Source of the DNA: Crocosphaera subtropica ATCC 51142
GTDB lineage: Bacteria > Cyanobacteriota > Cyanobacteriia > Cyanobacteriales > Microcystaceae
Length of the DNA stretch: 32,000 nt
Assembly: GCF_000017845.1 (NCBI RefSeq)
Contig: NC_010546.1
Location: 3,690,001 to 3,722,000 of the forward strand
Reading direction: 5' to 3'
Below the pieces are notes generated by a model. The model searched no databases. It was not told the origin of the DNA and saw only the letters and a list, made by a program, of their open reading frames with translations. Below, piece after piece: positions 26,724 to 32,000 of this stretch. The position numbers and the translations under genes are program-made. The first letter of the stretch is position 1; every line of letters begins with the position of its first letter.

Positions 26724-27274
26724 AAGTTAATTGGTTGACCGCTTTTTGCTCATTCTAGAGTACGGGGTTGTCCCTTGAAAACTATTATTAGATCAGGGTT
26801 TGACCTTGGTTGGAAAAATTTTAAGTAAAGATTTGTTGCCGTTGCTTGAATTAATTGCTAAACTATGATTGATGGGTTCGGCTTTCGTCCACGCTCGTAA
26901 AGGAGACATACTATCAATGCTCTACAATTGTAAACCTTTATTGTCTTTACCATCTGCCGAGTAGTCACAGATTTTTTATTATCATCAATTAACTAGGTCA
27001 CAGGACGCTTCTTAATCTAACCATTATCCTCTTTTCCCATGAGGTCGATTCGGGGAAATGATGATATTTATGGGTGTTCCCTACCTTAATTTGTACAAAC
27101 AATGTACTTAATCCCTGAATTATAGCTTATTTTCTCCTCTCTTGAGGAAGGAAGTGGTGTTGTGTGACCTGTTGTTTCATAGGTTCAATTTTTTATTCCT
27201 GTCTTGGTTAAGAACAAGGATGCAATGTAATGTCGTCCGTTTGAAAGAGACAGGGCATGAAGGAGGTGTTTTTT

Positions 27275-28087
27275 ATGAATATACAAGGAAAAACAGCCCT
27301 AATCACTGGGGCATCCCGTGGCATTGGCCGTGCGATCGCCTTAGAATTAGCCCGAAATGGAATCAAACGCCTCTTATTAGTTGCCCGTAACGAAAACAAG
27401 TTACTCGATGTATCCGCAGACATCAAAGGTTTTGGCGTAGAGGTGATTATTTTGCCCCTTGATCTCACTAAGGTTGCAGTGGTCAATAAGACGATCAGTC
27501 AAGCATGGCGAAATCATGGTCCCATTGATATCTTAGTCAACTGTGCCGGAGTTGCCCATCAAACGCCTTTTCTGCATACTAATTTCTCCCAAGTACAAGC
27601 AGAATTATCGGTTAACCTCATGGCCACTTACCAGATGACTCGATTAATTGCAAAACGCATGGCTTATCGTCAACAAGGTACCATCGTCAATGTCTCTAGT
27701 TTAATGGGGAAAATTGCTGCCCCCACCATGGCCACCTATTCTGCCACAAAATTTGCCCTTTTAGGCTTTACTCAGGCATTACGGGGAGAATTAGCCCCTT
27801 ACAATATTCGAGTGGTTGCTTTATTACCGTCTTTAACGGATACGGATATGGTACGGGGGTTAGACTGGTTTCGCTTTATGAAACCCGTTTCTCCGAAAAA
27901 AGTTGCCCAAAGTTTAATCAAGGGATTACAAAAAGATACCCCAGAAATATTAGTGGGATGGCAGAGTTACCTGGCGGTTTGGGGACAAAGGTTAGCACCG
28001 AGACTAATTGAACAATTTACCATAATGACTGCTCCTTTATCTCAAAAACCACACTCATCTAATTTGAATTCTTTTCGGTTAAATTGA
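27275..28087 (+). CDS. short-chain dehydrogenase/reductase (SDR)
   Basis: TGASRGIG cofactor motif, NCAG, catalytic S...YSATK. Start placed at ATG 27275, 8 nt after AAGGAGG (27260-27266). Confidence 0.85.
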   Translation: MNIQGKTALITGASRGIGRAIALELARNGIKRLLLVARNENKLLDVSADIKGFGVEVIILPLDLTKVAVVNKTISQAWRNHGPIDILVNCAGVAHQTPFLHTNFSQVQAELSVNLMATYQMTRLIAKRMAYRQQGTIVNVSSLMGKIAAPTMATYSATKFALLGFTQALRGELAPYNIRVVALLPSLTDTDMVRGLDWFRFMKPVSPKKVAQSLIKGLQKDTPEILVGWQSYLAVWGQRLAPRLIEQFTIMTAPLSQKPHSSNLNSFRLN

Positions 28088-28109
28088 TAACCTAGTATCA
28101 GTATCACCA

Positions 28110-28132
28110 CAGGGTGGGCATTGTCCACCCTG
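28110..28132. repeat. 8-bp hairpin CAGGGTGG-gcattgt-CCACCCTG
   Basis: Read directly. It shares the 10-mer AGGGTGGGCA with the hairpin at 4866-4927. It sits between the SDR stop and the next gene. Confidence 0.8.
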
Positions 28133-28143
28133 ATTATAAACAT

Positions 28144-28740
28144 ATGAAAAATTGGCTTTTAACTTCAATCATCGGTTTCACTTCTATTAATTTTCCTCTT
28201 TTCCAGACAACAGTATTAGCACAAAACAATGACATTAACACTCTACTAAAAGACACAATTTATTATCTACCTGATGGAGAAGCGATTACTTTATCAGGGG
28301 GTCGTTATGAAACTGAAAATAAAGTTTTTGTTTTAAGCGAAAGAGTAGCGATCGCAGATATTAATAATGATCAATTTCAAGATTTCTTTGTGATTTTAAC
28401 TGAACTGCAACAAGGAATTGAGCTTAATAATTATATTGCTGTTTTATTAGGTAATAATGATCAACAACTTGACAATGTAGATACTCTCTTTATTGATAAT
28501 GAAATAGATATGGAAAATCTAACCTGGACAGAGCAAATTTTAACCGTAGAATTTATGGCTAATTCTCCTGATCGACAGAAAAAATTACAGTATCATTTTG
28601 ATCTTGATTCAGAAACGTTAATTCCCTTGACCTTAGAAACAGAAAAGAAACCAGGAGACATTTTTATTAGAGAACCAGATATTATCAAACCAGATTTTAA
28701 TAATAATGAAGAAAATCCTAGTATACGCATACAATTGTAA
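28144..28740 (+). CDS. hypothetical secreted protein
   Basis: Signal-like N-terminus MKNWLLTSIIGFTSINFPLFQTTVLAQ. AT-rich. The track start (GTG 28114) lies inside the hairpin, so ATG 28144 is preferred. Confidence 0.5.
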   Translation: MKNWLLTSIIGFTSINFPLFQTTVLAQNNDINTLLKDTIYYLPDGEAITLSGGRYETENKVFVLSERVAIADINNDQFQDFFVILTELQQGIELNNYIAVLLGNNDQQLDNVDTLFIDNEIDMENLTWTEQILTVEFMANSPDRQKKLQYHFDLDSETLIPLTLETEKKPGDIFIREPDIIKPDFNNNEENPSIRIQL

Positions 28741-28748
28741 CTATCCAT

Positions 28749-29918
28749 CTATTGCAAACGTTGATAAGCGTCAATTACTTGTTTTGCGATCGCTGACCAA
28801 CTATACTTATCTTTAACTAATTGATAAGCGTTTTTTCCTCTTTCTTCTCTGGTTTGAGGGGATAAAATGGCAGTTTCTAAAGCATTGCTTAAAGCATCAA
28901 TATCTAAAGTTGTTACCCAACCTGCTTGATAAGTTTCAACATCAGGCCAAATATAAACCCCTTGAGAAATAACAACAGGGGTTTTAACAGCCATGGCTTC
29001 AGCGACAGCAATACCAAAGTTTTCGTAATAAGACGGTAAGATAAACACATCAGCATCTTGTAGTAAACCTAATTTCAACTCTCCTTTCACAAACCCTGTA
29101 ATAGTTGTATAGTTCGCTAAAATAGAATCATTAATTTGTTGTGTTATCTTCTTTTCATAAACAGGATCTTGAGGATTAGAACCAGCTAAAACTAAATGAA
29201 ACTTAAGCCCTTTTTTGATTAATTTTTGGGTAGCTTCGATTAAGAAATTCAATCCTTTTTTTGGATCAATACGAGACATAAATAAGAGTAAAGGAACATC
29301 ATCAGCAATACCTAAACTGTGCCTTGTTTCTCCTTTTTTGGGTAAATTATCAGGAATATTAACCCCCAAAGGAATAATTAAATCTTGGGTTTTGACTCCA
29401 TAACGATAGGAAATATTCGCCTCTTCTTCTGTTGTAAAATGTATGGCTGCACAACCAGCAATATTAGGGCGTTCTAGAAGGTTTCCATAAATTTGCTTTA
29501 AACGTCGTTTTTTCTTGAGATCAGCCGGATCAAGGGTTCCTAGGGGTCGTAGAATGTACGGTAATTTCTGATACCTAGCGATGGTTGCTGCTGCGGTGGT
29601 AACAGGGGAAAATAACGCATGACAATGAGCAATATCATACTCTTTTGCGTGTTGATTTAACCATTGCAATAAAGGAAGCGAAAACTTATAACGACGAAAG
29701 GGAGAACAGGGAAAATAGATAATATTGTAGCCGTCTTGTTCAACAGGAATTCCTAAAGGAACATCTAAGGGTTCTTGTCCGGTATCTCCATTAGAATTAG
29801 TGGTTAAGATAGTAACATCTATCCCTGCTTTAGCTAAAGCAGTAGAAAGACCTAAAACCATTTGAGACGGACCACCATAAATTAAAGAGATTGACGGTAC
29901 AATTTGTAGAACTTTCAT
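28749..29918 (-). CDS. GT4-family (group 1) glycosyltransferase
   Basis: 389 aa with a GT-B layout. The C-terminal motif is LPSYYENFGIAVAEAMAVKTPVV (EX7E-type). Confidence 0.85.
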   Translation of the reverse strand: MKVLQIVPSISLIYGGPSQMVLGLSTALAKAGIDVTILTTNSNGDTGQEPLDVPLGIPVEQDGYNIIYFPCSPFRRYKFSLPLLQWLNQHAKEYDIAHCHALFSPVTTAAATIARYQKLPYILRPLGTLDPADLKKKRRLKQIYGNLLERPNIAGCAAIHFTTEEEANISYRYGVKTQDLIIPLGVNIPDNLPKKGETRHSLGIADDVPLLLFMSRIDPKKGLNFLIEATQKLIKKGLKFHLVLAGSNPQDPVYEKKITQQINDSILANYTTITGFVKGELKLGLLQDADVFILPSYYENFGIAVAEAMAVKTPVVISQGVYIWPDVETYQAGWVTTLDIDALSNALETAILSPQTREERGKNAYQLVKDKYSWSAIAKQVIDAYQRLQ

Positions 29919-30295
29919 GACTGATAGCTTTAATAATGCACCGATTTTATCAGAAAAATATGCCTCTCTAAATTTTACTCTGGTTTGAGAACAAGACTAT
30001 TTTATAAACAAATCTTCAGTAGCGTGCGTTAGGCAGATTAGAATTTTTTGAGATAAGCTACCATTTTGTTAGAGACGTAATGCGCTACAATCCATATTTG
30101 TGGTGCATTGCGCCACGCTAATACACTCTACAATTATTTTAAAAATATCAGGTTTTTGAAAATAGCTTTAAGAGACTATTTGTAAAGAAAAAAGGTAGAG
30201 GAAGCAGAAAAGGCAGAGTACGAAATCAAAACTCAAGTTCAGGGAGTTTGACAAAAAGGACAAGATAGATGATGCTTATTACCCAGATATAATAG

Positions 30296-31580
<1,285 letters not shown>

Positions 31581-31609
31581 ATTATTCAATTAATGACTTT
31601 AATTTTTTG

Positions 31610-31634
31610 AAGTCCGCTATCGGCGGGCTTTTTG
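31610..31634 (+). terminator. intrinsic terminator of the pyrH-frr operon
   Basis: AAGTCCGC-tatcg-GCGGGCTT (8 bp including one G-U pair) followed by TTTG. Confidence 0.7.
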
Positions 31635-31884
31635 TGTGATTTGGTAAACTCTTAAGAAACACATTTAATATCTTTGTTTTGGTTCTTTTTTGCTCCTCCT
31701 ATTAATAGAATTGCGATTTTTTTACCCATTATACCGTAGTAAATGTGATACCCTGATCCAAAAAAAACTTAACTCATAAACTCTTTCTCCTACCTTTTTA
31801 TAGTCTCCAAAGTTTCATAAACTAATGTTCTCTCGATTTTTCAAATAAAATGATATCATAATCAAAAAGAAGACTAAATGTTAA

Positions 31885-32000
31885 ATGCTACATAATTTAG
31901 GCGATCGCTTTTGGATAAAAAATGCTCATATTCCTTTCTGTTTGTTGGAAAATATTTCTATTGAACCCCAGACAAGAGAACAATTATGTCATGTAGATTT
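31885..32000 (+). CDS. 5' end of an ORF running off the window (product unknown; faintly amidohydrolase-like N-terminus)
   Basis: MLHNLGDRFWIKNAHIPFCLLENISIEPQTREQLCHVD... stays open to the window end. Only 38 codons are visible. Confidence 0.3.
   Translation, partial: MLHNLGDRFWIKNAHIPFCLLENISIEPQTREQLCHVD

Noticed and set aside
26917-26964. 15-codon mini-ORF (MLYNCKPLLSLPSAE) preceded by AAAGGAG in the 551-bp divergent intergenic region
   Set aside because: It is too short to support from sequence alone, the SD-ATG spacing of 11 nt is long, and it has no recognisable peptide family.
27093-27107. NtcA-like site GTACAAACAATGTAC
   Set aside because: The spacing is GTA-N9-TAC, not the canonical GTA-N8-TAC. 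It is better described as a TGTAC-N6-TGTAC direct repeat, and no properly spaced -10 element is obvious.
27142-27486. Two ORFs (27142-27390 plus, 27208-27486 minus)
   Set aside because: Both overlap the SDR gene start. The SDR frame, with the TGASRGIG motif and a strong AAGGAGG RBS, explains the region.
29215-29403. 62-aa plus-strand ORF
   Set aside because: It is antisense to, and lies inside, the glycosyltransferase gene.
30018-30122. Degenerate inverted repeats AGTAGCGTGCG ... GTAATGCGCTAC ... CGCCACGCTAAT upstream of pyrH
   Set aside because: Only a 6-7-bp core pairs (TAGCGTG/CACGCTA), across about 90 nt. That is within chance expectation for this window size.

Overview
This is a chromosomal segment of a low-GC cyanobacterium. 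The HIP1 palindrome GCGATCGC occurs at 14 or more sites, and phycobilisome, bilin, tetrapyrrole and HLIP genes are present. I support about 32 protein genes, mostly housekeeping: pentapeptide-repeat proteins, clpS, tatA, pcyA, a PAP/fibrillin protein, apcD, hemJ, argS, a GGDEF cyclase, a Tat-exported DUF839/PhoX-like protein, ftsH, an HLIP, a BI-1/YccA protein, a group-3 sigma factor, a quinone oxidoreductase, an SDR, a GT4 glycosyltransferase and pyrH-frr. I recognised no rRNA, tRNA, CRISPR array, transposase or integrase. Two short conserved genes are absent from the ORF track: tatA (4937-5104, minus) and an hli gene (23254-23430, minus). Several track ORFs have over-extended starts or are antisense shadows of real genes. 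The most interesting loci are: (1) a divergent pair made of a membrane protein with S1-S4 voltage-sensor-like helices but no pore, and a 1171-aa P-loop (AAA-like/STAND-type)-TM-14xWD40 protein (8156-13425); (2) a self-contained candidate sRNA of about 77 nt, with a near-consensus promoter, a CU-rich anti-SD-like stretch and an intrinsic terminator, inside the 723-bp gap upstream of ftsH; (3) a three-gene minus-strand cluster encoding a membrane-anchored WD40 propeller; (4) heptanucleotide STRR-like arrays and GGGTGGGCA hairpins. None of these is proven to be a new system. All functional links are inference and need homology, structure and synteny searches that I cannot run here.
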